From Patescibacteria group bacterium (GTDB lineage: Bacteria > Patescibacteriota > Microgenomatia > Levybacterales > UBA12049): a stretch of 64,000 bases of DNA. The stretch spans positions 137,948 through 201,947 of the forward strand of contig JBBTVD010000006.1 in the NCBI GenBank assembly GCA_038063415.1. The letters are read 5' to 3'. Position numbers and translations under genes: made by a program. A model generated the notes under the pieces. That model did no database searches. It had not been told where the DNA came from and saw nothing but the letters and a program-made list of their open reading frames with translations. This document shows positions 48,601 through 57,340 of this stretch, piece by piece (positions within the stretch are counted from its first letter, which is position 1; each line of letters begins with the position of its first letter).

Positions 48601-49951
48601 CTTTTGCTTCACCAGCTGGCTGCAAGCCCTTTGGAATATTAAATTTCTTTGCAAAAGGGATACTCATGGCAATTCCGGCATCACCAGGAGGAGTTGGTGC
48701 AGGAGGCTGCCCACCAGGAGTGATAGGAGTTCTATTTGCCGTTGCTAGATTAACAAGGGTTTTCATGACGGCACTATCACCAGGAGCGAAATTAGCAGCA
48801 TAATCAAGAAATATCTGCAAGAGGATCCATGGCAATAAAATAACCACCCATAACATAATAAGCGCAACCACATAGAGCGCGAATGTTTCAGTTAGGTTCA
48901 CACTGTTCGTTGGCGTTACCAACTGCTGTGGACCACCAAGAAGGATATTGACCGCTGTTGGATAAATGATTTGATCAGCCTGATTGATACCTGGATTATT
49001 AAAGATGAGCGGGACACCGCCGCCTCCCTGTCCAGCAGCCCCTGCATTATCACTTTGCCATCGCCACATAGAGACGAGTCCTTTTAAGAATATAGCAAAC
49101 AGTGGTGCATAGAGTAACCATCGGAAGAATTCACCAATCCAGATTTTCCCTGTGTTCCGAGTAGGATAATACAAAAGAAGCAATGGGAAAATTGGTGAAA
49201 CAATAATAAAGAACCAAAGAATAATCTTACGCATGAGTAAAATTCCAACCATGACAAAATAGGTCAGAGCAGTAAGTTTTGTTAATAAAAGAGAGATAAA
49301 AGCGGATTCAGCATTGTAATCGCCTAAGAGCCTAAGGCCAACAAAATTTCGATAATCCCATCCCACATACAATAAATCTGCTTGAGAGATACAGTTGGGT
49401 GGACAAGAGAGGTCGCTTTGGTCATCTGATTTTAGGAAGAAGCCTTGGATAAGATCAGTAAACTGATAAAAGAACTGTAAAATAGAATAGGAAAAGACAA
49501 TAAGCAAAATAACAGCCACAAAACGAGGAATGAACCGCATAATAGTGAGACTCCGCCCCCGAGTAATGATGATGACAAGCGCTGTAGCAAGAATGACAAA
49601 AAAGAGTAAAGGCACAACAATACTAATAACAATGAGTGACCAGAATTGAGCAAGTGGATTATCACTATTATCACAAACACGTGCCTGGTTTTCTGTAGGA
49701 GCTTGCGTTTCAGTCACACAAACCCAGTTATAGTTTTGTAGGGTCCAATCAAGCATGTTTCCAGCTCTCGCAGCATTTTTTCCAATGAAGGTTACCTCTG
49801 GATCAACGACCCAATAAGCCCCTGTTGGCTGAGGATTTACCTCCTCATCGACAGCATAAGCAGGAGAAGAAAAGGATAAAGCTCCAATAAAAAGGACAGC
49901 TATAACTATAAACGGAACAAAAAAACGAAAATTGGGCAGTAATTTTTTCAT
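45674..49951 (-). CDS. giant (1425 aa) signal-peptide + ~6-TM membrane protein (VirB6/TrbL-like topology suspected) with a ~1000-aa C-terminal domain built from the same ~72-aa repeats, arranged as a two-fold tandem super-repeat
   Basis: Signal peptide MKKLLPNFRFFVPFIVIAVLFIGALSFSSPAYA, Cys-containing extracytoplasmic segments, six hydrophobic helices and a Gly-rich loop. The repeats read VLQQIANPASxxNxxDREKMTKLHDTLSKESKENNNxLAxSILSVxxKTSxxEIEKIxxxIMQAKE. Two super-repeats each end in ...MWxENYQxLxVPxG...DILPFLLxGGFSxxExxxYL. Confidence 0.75.
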   Translation of the reverse strand: MKKLLPNFRFFVPFIVIAVLFIGALSFSSPAYAVDEEVNPQPTGAYWVVDPEVTFIGKNAARAGNMLDWTLQNYNWVCVTETQAPTENQARVCDNSDNPLAQFWSLIVISIVVPLLFFVILATALVIIITRGRSLTIMRFIPRFVAVILLIVFSYSILQFFYQFTDLIQGFFLKSDDQSDLSCPPNCISQADLLYVGWDYRNFVGLRLLGDYNAESAFISLLLTKLTALTYFVMVGILLMRKIILWFFIIVSPIFPLLLLYYPTRNTGKIWIGEFFRWLLYAPLFAIFLKGLVSMWRWQSDNAGAAGQGGGGVPLIFNNPGINQADQIIYPTAVNILLGGPQQLVTPTNSVNLTETFALYVVALIMLWVVILLPWILLQIFLDYAANFAPGDSAVMKTLVNLATANRTPITPGGQPPAPTPPGDAGIAMSIPFAKKFNIPKGLQPAGEAKEIVYETTPATMSASQPRVMPISQANAQILNVANLSLPSMRDIAKYETALLSKDASQRQEVTQVREKLERIANPMAVTATTDRQQYNQLRDRLRKETQQGNNMAASILNAASTMSQSMATNSQIKNVLQQIANPASVNNIVDRERMTKLNQMLSKESKENNNALASSILSVNENTSAKEVEKIRDTLMQAKQQEVAVSVMNTISGGQKQQVSTAQMQTVLQQIANPASITNVADREKMTKLHDTLSKESKENNNQLATSILSVTDKTSTVEIEKIQNQIMQAKENSVASSVLSTIDSSVKQVQSTEQVRSVLQQIANPAVAVSPVEKERLTKLKDSLSKASKEGNELAGSILGMTEKTSTADIEKLQEKILQAKEKGEPIATELAKVGETAARVSLPSVNRVQNVSQQDYKAIKDMWKENYQNLEVPEGMAGNRSEWIRDDIAKIDEIVGMLTAADPDVVNQGMQEVSDILPFLLVGGFSQTEVVGYLKAKQDAAKEISVALVQDEEEKVTVTTRKAENQATMAATMDEPSASNSASVASGTEEGDESLLASGISKTTVVTPTISNDIMNIVDLKIPKMRDIARYETRLLSRDKTQQEGVAKAKEILTHIANPMQLTASPEREKYEALRERLVLAGQKGDITAGAILSAAQNLSGEVEMLALTLAELKNVLVQIADPTKVPVEAERDFYTRLHEFLVKESESKNELATQVLAVSDQTSVADIETLKGKLASEKQQGSPIATQVVNVLDQVVTLKELRKVLDHINHPEKLSSDADKAYFTKLHDELTKASTDGNATATQVLVVKETAPAQDIQKLFDQLQEAKKNNDPIAAKVLGSMGSALLTSVNTTQQVNNEEYTEVKKMWEENYQKLLVPQGYTEDDKGRMDWIKADMQQMTDTVNLLVSPEKEKKEEGMKKVTDILPFLLLGGFSFNEIIAYLQTKREAAETVLKAMTNEEEQKISVPAQQGTKEQKEMKSEE
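45720..48540 (-). repeat. two-fold tandem internal duplication (~1.4 kb each, approximate) inside the giant membrane-protein gene, each copy containing four ~72-aa repeats plus a conserved terminal module
   Basis: Protein segments ~470-960 and ~965-1410 align (IAKYETALLSKD / IARYETRLLSRD starts; DILPFLLVGGFS / DILPFLLLGGFS ends). Confidence 0.55.
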
Positions 49952-49958
49952 AGATCGA

Positions 49959-50255
49959 TTAACTAAAACCAGGTACTTTCAAGATATCAATAAGCACGAC
50001 TTCGATAAACACAAAGCCAAAAATAGCAAGCAGGAGACCGCTAATGGCATAAAAAATATAACTTTTCCCAACACTCACCCGAGCAGGGTTTCCTTTCGAG
50101 GTAAGGATAGCGTACCCACCCAAAATAAGCGCTACCAGTGCTGCCATTGCCACAAAACCAAGCCCTATCCCATAAAAACGTTGCGCAAAACCAATAGGGT
50201 CATTGGGTAAGCAACCAAAATCTGTCTGAATTTCATTGGCGGGACAAGGTACCAT
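49959..50255 (-). CDS. small two-TM protein, pilin-like (VirB2/TrbC-like architecture suspected); first gene of the operon
   Basis: 98 aa. A Cys pair (CPANEIQTDFGC) is followed by two hydrophobic helices separated by a short basic loop (TSKGNPARVSVGKS). It lies 8 nt upstream of the giant membrane protein gene. Confidence 0.4.
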   Translation of the reverse strand: MVPCPANEIQTDFGCLPNDPIGFAQRFYGIGLGFVAMAALVALILGGYAILTSKGNPARVSVGKSYIFYAISGLLLAIFGFVFIEVVLIDILKVPGFS

Positions 50256-50334
50256 ATTTCCACACTAGCATACGAAAAAATGAAAAACAATACTCGTGTT
50301 TTGACAAATAATGGATTTAGACTTATAATTATCT

Positions 50335-51363
50335 ATGGATAATTTTCCGACATATCCTCTAGCCGAACTTCATGCACATATTTCTGCGTCTACTAGTCCA
50401 GCGACCTATTGGCAAATTGCCCACGACCAAGGAATAAAATTACCTCGAAAAGACTATTTTGATTTTGTGGACTATATAAGTCTTTCACAGAATAAGAAAA
50501 TGACTCTGGAAGCGTATTTGAAAAAAATCATGCATCCAATATTGGATAAGCTTGGATCAGGGACGTACGCACTGGAAAGATCGATGTATGAAATTATGAG
50601 TAGCGCCTATAGAAGAAATAATATTACACTCATCGAAATTCGTAATAATCCAATGAGGCATAATAATAATGGAGAGCATGACCTAGATTTAATTATTCTA
50701 GCAATGATTAGAGGAATGGAACGAGCATTACTCGAATACCCAAAACTTTCTGCTGGTATCATTTTTTGTCTCGCTCGTGAATTTCCTTTCGAAAAGAATG
50801 CAATTATTATAGAAAAGGCAATAAAATATCATAAACGAGGGATTGTTGGTATTGATTTTTCAGGAGGAACAAATCATAAGAGCTTTCAATTAAAAGAGTA
50901 TAAGGAGCTTATTCAAAAAGCAAGACGCGCAGGATTAAAAATAACAACACATTCAGGAGAACATATTAAGGATGACTTCGATAATGACATGTGGGAAGCC
51001 CTTGAATTTTTACAGCCGCAGAGAATTGGGCATGGTATTCGGGCAGCATATGATCCAGATCTAATGAAAGAGCTTGTAAAACAAAACACAGTACTTGAAG
51101 TATGTCCTGTATCAAATCTTATGACAAAAGCTATTGAAAATAAAGATGAGCTTAAGTTTATCCTAAAAACATTCCTTGAAAACCGAGTAAGATTCACTAT
51201 TAACTCAGATTGGCCAGAGATGCTTGAAGGAGGAAGGCTTCGTGACCAATATAAAATGCTTAGAGATGAGAAGGTACTGACAGCGGATGAGTTGCTCGAA
51301 TGTACACGAACTGCGTTTGCGAGCGCTTTTGCACCAAAGGGTGGACTTGATGCATACCTTTAA
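50335..51363 (+). CDS. add: adenosine deaminase family protein
   Basis: Metal-binding motifs LAELHAHIS, TTHSGEH, IGHGIR and INSDWPE match the ADA HxH...H...H...D pattern. Confidence 0.65.
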   Translation: MDNFPTYPLAELHAHISASTSPATYWQIAHDQGIKLPRKDYFDFVDYISLSQNKKMTLEAYLKKIMHPILDKLGSGTYALERSMYEIMSSAYRRNNITLIEIRNNPMRHNNNGEHDLDLIILAMIRGMERALLEYPKLSAGIIFCLAREFPFEKNAIIIEKAIKYHKRGIVGIDFSGGTNHKSFQLKEYKELIQKARRAGLKITTHSGEHIKDDFDNDMWEALEFLQPQRIGHGIRAAYDPDLMKELVKQNTVLEVCPVSNLMTKAIENKDELKFILKTFLENRVRFTINSDWPEMLEGGRLRDQYKMLRDEKVLTADELLECTRTAFASAFAPKGGLDAYL

Positions 51364-51821
51364 AGATAACTATCAATTGCTTTCTTCGTTATTTCCCAAC
51401 TAAAACCTCTGCGTGAGAGGAAGCTCCCAACCTTCTGATAGATTTCTTGCTTTGAACTCTCCTTCAGTTTTTCCATTTTTCTTTGAATAAGCTGTTTTGC
51501 CTGAGTTAATTCATCAGGGAGATCTTCTTGGTTTTCTGCGAAAATTTTTTCAATGATTTCGGCGGAAATTCCTTTTTGTTTGAGTTCCATCTCAAGAGCA
51601 TATCTCCCTTTTGGCTTTGATCTCGCGCGACTTCTGATCCATGAGCGAGCAAACAGCTCATCATTAAGGAATTTCTGAGCATAGAGTGAGACTATTATTT
51701 TATCAACTATTTCTGAGGTTATATCTTTTTTTGTAAAGTAATCTCTTACTTCCTTTTCTGAACGGTTCCGTATAGTGAGGTAACGATAGGCGAGTGGTAA
51801 ATACTTTCTATAATCCTCCAT
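51360..51821 (-). CDS. recX: recombination regulator RecX
   Basis: 153-aa helical-repeat protein immediately downstream of recA. YLTIRNRSEKEVRDYF matches the RecX pattern. Confidence 0.65.
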   Translation of the reverse strand: MEDYRKYLPLAYRYLTIRNRSEKEVRDYFTKKDITSEIVDKIIVSLYAQKFLNDELFARSWIRSRARSKPKGRYALEMELKQKGISAEIIEKIFAENQEDLPDELTQAKQLIQRKMEKLKESSKQEIYQKVGSFLSRRGFSWEITKKAIDSYL

Positions 51822-51826
51822 GGAGA

Positions 51827-52921
51827 CTATTCTTCTTCAGCATCTTCAGATTCTTCTGTTCCAACGACAAGAGGAGCTCTTCCATCTTTATTTTGTGCCA
51901 TAATTTTTGCGACGATTTCTTTTGCCAACTCAGGCTCTTCCTTTAACTTCTGCACGGTTGCTGCTTTGCCTTGTCCAAGCAGTTGCTCATTGTAGCGATA
52001 AAAAGCACCACTCTTTGCGATGATCCCCATTTCAACCGCAACGTCCACAATGCCTCCTTCACGAGAAATACCATCTTCAAGGATATCAAACTCAGCAAGA
52101 CGAAAAGGTGCTGCAATTTTATTTTTAACAACCTTCACCCGGTGACGTGAACCAAAAACTTTTTCACTATCCTTGAGTGTTTCAATCTTACGAATATCCA
52201 TACGAACAGACGCGTAGAACTTTAAAGCAACTCCTCCGGTGGTCGTCTCCGGGTTACCAAACATGACACCAATTTTTTGACGAAGTTGGTTGGTAAAGAT
52301 CACAATCGTTTTTGACTTAGAAATAACCCCCGTCAATTTACGCAGTGCCTGTGACATCAATCGTGCTTGCAGACCCATCACAGAATCTCCCATCTCCCCT
52401 TCGATCTCAGCTCGTGGGACCAGAGCCGCTACAGAGTCAATAACAAGCACATCAATACCTCCTGAACGAACAAGGCTTTCTGCAATTTCGAGCGCTTGCT
52501 CTCCAGTATCTGGTTGCGAAATAAGCAGTTCGTCGAGCTTAACACCAATTTTTTGCGCTCGAAGAGGATCAAGTGCATGTTCAGCATCAATAAAAGCAGC
52601 AATGCCACCATGTTTTTGTGCTTGCGCTATCGTTGAGAGACAAACAGTTGTCTTTCCAGAAGCTTCAGGACCATAAATTTCAACGATACGACCTCGTGGA
52701 AGCCCACCAACGCCGAGGGCAATATCTAACGGCAAGATCCCTGTTGAAATAACCGAAATATCAAACTTCTGTGCAGAATCACCAAAACGCATGATTGCAC
52801 CACGCCCATATTGTTTTTCGATTTGATCCATCGCAATCTTGATTGAATCAAGCTTCTGTGAGGTTTCATTTTTTTGTTCTACTACGTTTCCCTTCTGTGG
52901 ATTTGCTGCGCTTCTTGCCAT
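51827..52921 (-). CDS. recA: recombinase RecA
   Basis: [16 protein letters not shown]...FIDAEHALD...LVIDSVAAL...[23 protein letters not shown]. Confidence 0.95.
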   Translation of the reverse strand: MARSAANPQKGNVVEQKNETSQKLDSIKIAMDQIEKQYGRGAIMRFGDSAQKFDISVISTGILPLDIALGVGGLPRGRIVEIYGPEASGKTTVCLSTIAQAQKHGGIAAFIDAEHALDPLRAQKIGVKLDELLISQPDTGEQALEIAESLVRSGGIDVLVIDSVAALVPRAEIEGEMGDSVMGLQARLMSQALRKLTGVISKSKTIVIFTNQLRQKIGVMFGNPETTTGGVALKFYASVRMDIRKIETLKDSEKVFGSRHRVKVVKNKIAAPFRLAEFDILEDGISREGGIVDVAVEMGIIAKSGAFYRYNEQLLGQGKAATVQKLKEEPELAKEIVAKIMAQNKDGRAPLVVGTEESEDAEEE

Positions 52922-53013
52922 AATTTATATACTAATAATAGCAATTCTATGCTAAAATACAAGATAGCAAAATAGATTTGCGATAGAGATTTATCTATTT
53001 TGATTTTTTTTAA

Positions 53014-53084
53014 CGGGGTGTAGTTTAACGGTAGAATGTGCGGCTGGGGGCCGTATGGCTGGAGTTCGACTCTCCGCACCCCGA
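53014..53084 (+). tRNA. tRNA-Pro (anticodon GGG)
   Basis: Hand-folded cloverleaf. The acceptor stem CGGGGTG/CACCCCG has the C1-G72 pair typical of bacterial tRNA-Pro. The D-stem GUUU/GAAU includes two G-U pairs, and the D-loop AACGGTA is 7 nt. The anticodon stem is TGCGG/CCGTA, and the loop C-U-GGG-G-G has U33 and G37. T-stem TGGAG/CTCCG with T-loop TTCGACT. Discriminator A, no encoded CCA, and a T-run follows. Confidence 0.7.
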
Positions 53085-53092
53085 CACGTTTT

Positions 53093-54271
53093 TTATTGAA
53101 ACATAACCGCCAAAAAAATAATGATCCCGGGAATAATAAATACCCATGGACTTATCTCAGGATAATAGGGTAGAGGGATCGAGGTTGGCGTAGGAGAAGG
53201 TCTAACGGTTCCTCCTCCCCCTCCAGTACCTGCTCCCCAGGTACTATAATCGACTCCTCCGCCAAGTCCATTCGCAGGGCTATTATTTCCAAAGAGTTCA
53301 AGGTATTTTGCTGACGATTGAGGAGCATCAACAGATCCTGCAGCTGGATAAATACCTGAGCCGACATTACCTGGCTCTATAGAGATTGGCGCATTATAGT
53401 AGGCTTCATAAGCAAGAATATCACGATTTTCCATAAATGTTTCAAACATCTTCTCTATATAAAATGGATTATCTCCTCCACCATCAGCACTGCCAACAGC
53501 AACTCCCCATTCTGCGACAGAGAAGAGCTTCCCATGTTCACGGGCAAAATTAATAACATAACATAATCCATTATTGGTATTACACTGGTTATCCCATGCA
53601 GCTTGATCATGACTGGGAGGATAATGATCATAGGAATCAATACCGATGATATCTACATACTCATCTCCAGGGTAGGCATCAAAAGGATTTCCACTTGCTG
53701 GGAAGGGGGAACCGTGTGCATTAAATGTCCAATCAAGAAGCACGTTGGGAGCTGTGGATCTAATTGCCTTTGCCACGTTATTCCAGCAAGTTTTAAAATT
53801 CGTTGGATCAGCATCACTGTGCCAATACATAAAATCTCCATTAAATTCCCAACCAATTCTGATAATAGTACTTGGGGAATTTCGACCAATGCTATCAAGA
53901 TAGCTGCCCGCTTCTTTCCAGTAGTTATCATAAGCGCCACTTGCACACGCAGCATTATTGCCCTGCCCTTGTGGATACATAGCTACGGAGAGTACAAGGA
54001 TACCGTCATAGCTTTTATAATTGAGTCCATCAAAAATATTGGTTGGTTTAGTAAGCGATCCCCATCCAGCATCACGCACATTAAATGAAGCAACAATAAC
54101 ATCCGTGGGATTGCCTCGCCAAGTCCCAAAATCAAGATGGGGCTGGAGTTCATTTGCTGTATGAACACCCGATGCCCACGGTAAATCCGAATTTGGAGCA
54201 GCTTCTATAACTGTCGTTGGGAAAAAAGCAAAGAAAGTAACAAGTAGTAATACAAAAAAGAAGTGTTTCAT
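53093..54271 (-). CDS. secreted glycoside hydrolase, GH26-like (beta-mannanase-type clan GH-A) with Gly-rich linker and C-terminal TM anchor
   Basis: Signal peptide. IIRIGWEFNGDFMYWH is the acid/base motif of GH26 WEFNG type, and SVAEWGVA holds the nucleophile Glu. The C-terminus is GGGGTVRPSPTPTS followed by a TM. Confidence 0.55.
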   Translation of the reverse strand: MKHFFFVLLLVTFFAFFPTTVIEAAPNSDLPWASGVHTANELQPHLDFGTWRGNPTDVIVASFNVRDAGWGSLTKPTNIFDGLNYKSYDGILVLSVAMYPQGQGNNAACASGAYDNYWKEAGSYLDSIGRNSPSTIIRIGWEFNGDFMYWHSDADPTNFKTCWNNVAKAIRSTAPNVLLDWTFNAHGSPFPASGNPFDAYPGDEYVDIIGIDSYDHYPPSHDQAAWDNQCNTNNGLCYVINFAREHGKLFSVAEWGVAVGSADGGGDNPFYIEKMFETFMENRDILAYEAYYNAPISIEPGNVGSGIYPAAGSVDAPQSSAKYLELFGNNSPANGLGGGVDYSTWGAGTGGGGGTVRPSPTPTSIPLPYYPEISPWVFIIPGIIIFLAVMFQ

Positions 54272-54349
54272 ATATCTACTTCTAGACTAAAGGATTTATA
54301 CTGCCCTGTCAAATAAAAATTGAACATAGCATTCCCTTGTTCATCAGTA

Positions 54350-55099
54350 CTATTGCAGACTTTGTGGATTATTAGCAGGTGGATATGTTTGTGTCTGAGA
54401 TTGTCCCCCCTGTTGTTGAATAGTATTATTTACCGCTGGAACTTCAGCGTTTGTTTGCCCTTGCCCTATTATGATTGTTGTACCAGTACTAGATTTTAAG
54501 ACTGATTGTGCCACTCCTCGTGCAGTCACAAGGGTGGTAGGTAACAAGTTAAATTGAGCTTGACTCCCAATTTGCCCCTTTGCGGTAAAAGTAATTGTTG
54601 CAACAGAACCAGTTCCTTTTAATGTAGGTCTATTTGGTGTTATACCGACAGCGTACGTTACTTTACCCTCTTGTGCGTTAACTTTGTTGATTAATACTAC
54701 GGGATTTTCGAATAACGCACCTGGTGTCAATTGCACATTGCTAACAAGTGTAGGATCATACGAAAGCTCCAATTGTACTGCAGTAACATCATTATCCGAA
54801 GTGTCTATTGCAACATCAATTTTCCCTTGTTGTCCTGGTGCAACAGCAAGTGGATTTGGCGAAAGAGAAAGTACCGAATGCGCAGGCACCGACGGTGCTG
54901 GGGTCCCTTGAGCTATTGGGGCAGAAGATGGAACGATTTGAGATTGCTGTTCTTGTTGTTGCCTGTTGGCGTTAAAAGCTACAATAAAAAGAATAATCGT
55001 TACTAATACCAATCCAGAGATAAGGGCAAGCGTTTTCTTCGGCATAATTTTATGATAGACATCTCTTTCGGGTTTTGCAACTAGTACTTTTGATAACAA
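54350..55099 (-). CDS. membrane-anchored cohesin-like domain protein
   Basis: N-terminal signal anchor, then a ~140-aa beta-rich domain (KIDVAIDTSDNDVTAVQLELSYDPTLV...GSVATITFTAKGQ) resembling type-I cohesin modules, then a Gln/Thr-rich tail. Confidence 0.4.
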   Translation of the reverse strand: MLSKVLVAKPERDVYHKIMPKKTLALISGLVLVTIILFIVAFNANRQQQEQQSQIVPSSAPIAQGTPAPSVPAHSVLSLSPNPLAVAPGQQGKIDVAIDTSDNDVTAVQLELSYDPTLVSNVQLTPGALFENPVVLINKVNAQEGKVTYAVGITPNRPTLKGTGSVATITFTAKGQIGSQAQFNLLPTTLVTARGVAQSVLKSSTGTTIIIGQGQTNAEVPAVNNTIQQQGGQSQTQTYPPANNPQSLQ

Positions 55100-55151
55100 A
55101 AAGGATCAGAGCTATTCCCCTTGCTAACGACATTTCTTCGTATTACACTAT

Positions 55152-55871
55152 ATGTCTAAGAGAACTTTTCTATCTATGCTTTTTGCCATACTTTTTTTTA
55201 TTGAGTTGTTTCTTCTTTTTTTTCTTTCAAAACAAGTAACAAAGCGTCTCTCTTTATGGTTATATCATCTCACGAGAAGTAGAACAAAAACAATTTTTAT
55301 TCTTGCATTTCTCTTTCTACCAGGGACATTTCTTCATGAGCTTGCCCATGCTTTTATGGCTATGATACTATTTGTTCCCGTAGGAAAAATGGAACTTATT
55401 CCAAAGATACAAGAAGATGGATATGTAAAACTAGGAAGCGTTGCAATCGGAAGAACCGACTTCTTTCGACGCTTCCTTATTGGGATAGCACCGCTTCTGA
55501 TAGGGACAACCATTCTTTTATTCTTACTTTTTTATGCAGCTACTCATGATCTTTTTACTCATTACACCTACTTACTTATTGTTCTTTACTGTGTTTTTGA
55601 GATAGGAAATACGATGTTCTCAAGTAAGAAAGATATGGAAGGAGCCTTGGAATTGTTGCTAACATGCTGCTTTGCGGCTGTAGTTGCCTTTATTCTCGGG
55701 GCAAGAATTCCGCTAAACTCTTTACAGCAATTTTTTGAACGTGACTCTATTATACAGATGTTTTACTATGGGAATCTTTTCCTTTTAATTCCTATCGTAA
55801 TAAATATTATTTGTATAGGAGTGCTCCATGTTATTACTTCCTACAAAAAAAACTCCCATCCACATGGATAA
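55152..55871 (+). CDS. membrane metalloprotease, M50B/site-2-protease-like (HExxH in TM helix)
   Basis: FLPGTFLHELAHAFMAM is embedded in a TM segment, with 5-6 TM helices overall. Confidence 0.5.
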   Translation: MSKRTFLSMLFAILFFIELFLLFFLSKQVTKRLSLWLYHLTRSRTKTIFILAFLFLPGTFLHELAHAFMAMILFVPVGKMELIPKIQEDGYVKLGSVAIGRTDFFRRFLIGIAPLLIGTTILLFLLFYAATHDLFTHYTYLLIVLYCVFEIGNTMFSSKKDMEGALELLLTCCFAAVVAFILGARIPLNSLQQFFERDSIIQMFYYGNLFLLIPIVINIICIGVLHVITSYKKNSHPHG

Positions 55872-55914
55872 TAAAACAAGAAAAATGACACTACAGGTTC
55901 GAAAAATCTCTGCC

Positions 55915-56118
55915 TTACTTGAGAGTTTTCCCGTAAGTAGTAGCAAGATAAACGGTTGCGACACCAACAACGGTATAAATAACCTCAGCCAACCATGGTA
56001 TGCTCCCAAAAATAACTTGTACTAAGTCAACGTTAAATAATCCAACTAGTCCCCAATTAAGTCCTCCAATAATTACTAAAACGAATGCAATTGTGTAGAG
56101 TGTTTTATTCTTGATCAT
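55915..56118 (-). CDS. DUF378 family small membrane protein
   Basis: IIGGLNWGLVGLF motif. Confidence 0.6.
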   Translation of the reverse strand: MIKNKTLYTIAFVLVIIGGLNWGLVGLFNVDLVQVIFGSIPWLAEVIYTVVGVATVYLATTYGKTLK

Positions 56119-56222
56119 AAAGTATCACCTCCTTTCTTATACTATCTAGATTACTGACAAAAGAGAGCACACGTCAAGTCAGACGTTTTATATGCAACTG
56201 TATCAAAAAATAACGATTCAGA

Positions 56223-56690
<468 letters not shown>

Positions 56691-56773
56691 AGTAACATGT
56701 TATTTGTCAAAGAGAAAGGAACTATTATGATATACTTTTTATCATTTGCAATCCCCATGTTATAATATAATTT

Positions 56774-57340
56774 ATGACACAAAAACAGCCAGAAATAACT
56801 GTAGAACTAGAAGACCAGGCAATTGTCATTGCTGAGGAAGTATTCGAGCTTATTCATGAATATACACATGATAGCGCACTTTCAAAGTTCTTTTTAACTG
56901 ATGAAATTGCAAACGCCTCATATGTCCTTGCTGGTGGATTTGCTGCAGTCATTTATAACCCAGCGTTAGATCCAAAGGAAGTAGAAGATACTGAAATACT
57001 TTCCTTCTTGTATGCAATGATTACCTATGGCTTTAATCTTGCATTGAAAGAAAGATCATTGCTGACAAATTCTTCGCCATATACACTTCCTAATGATAAA
57101 AAAAAGATTAAGGCTGTCCAAAAACATCTCTTGGAAAAGGCAAGCAAAGGGGATCTGGAAGCAACAGGATTAGGCAACAAAATTATTGCGATTATTGTCA
57201 ATAATATAAAAACGAAAATTGCAATTCGCGACTTTAGAATAAAAGATCATCGGATCCAAACAAAAAAATTCCATGAATATGCAAAGCTTTCTCTCTATTG
57301 GGGATATAATTTTGCACATTTGCTCTTAAAAAGTAACTAA
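56774..57340 (+). CDS. hypothetical protein
   Basis: 188-aa soluble helical protein. No family recognised. Confidence 0.35.
   Translation: MTQKQPEITVELEDQAIVIAEEVFELIHEYTHDSALSKFFLTDEIANASYVLAGGFAAVIYNPALDPKEVEDTEILSFLYAMITYGFNLALKERSLLTNSSPYTLPNDKKKIKAVQKHLLEKASKGDLEATGLGNKIIAIIVNNIKTKIAIRDFRIKDHRIQTKKFHEYAKLSLYWGYNFAHLLLKSN

Noticed and set aside
45929-48748. Plus-strand ORFs inside the giant membrane-protein gene (45929-46252, 46680-47048, 47045-47413, 48521-48748)
   Set aside because: Antisense to a long, repeat-structured coding gene. The frames stay open because of repeat-driven codon bias.
52882-53079. 65-aa minus-strand ORF overlapping the tRNA-Pro gene
   Set aside because: It overlaps a well-folded tRNA and an AT-rich promoter region. 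Not coding.
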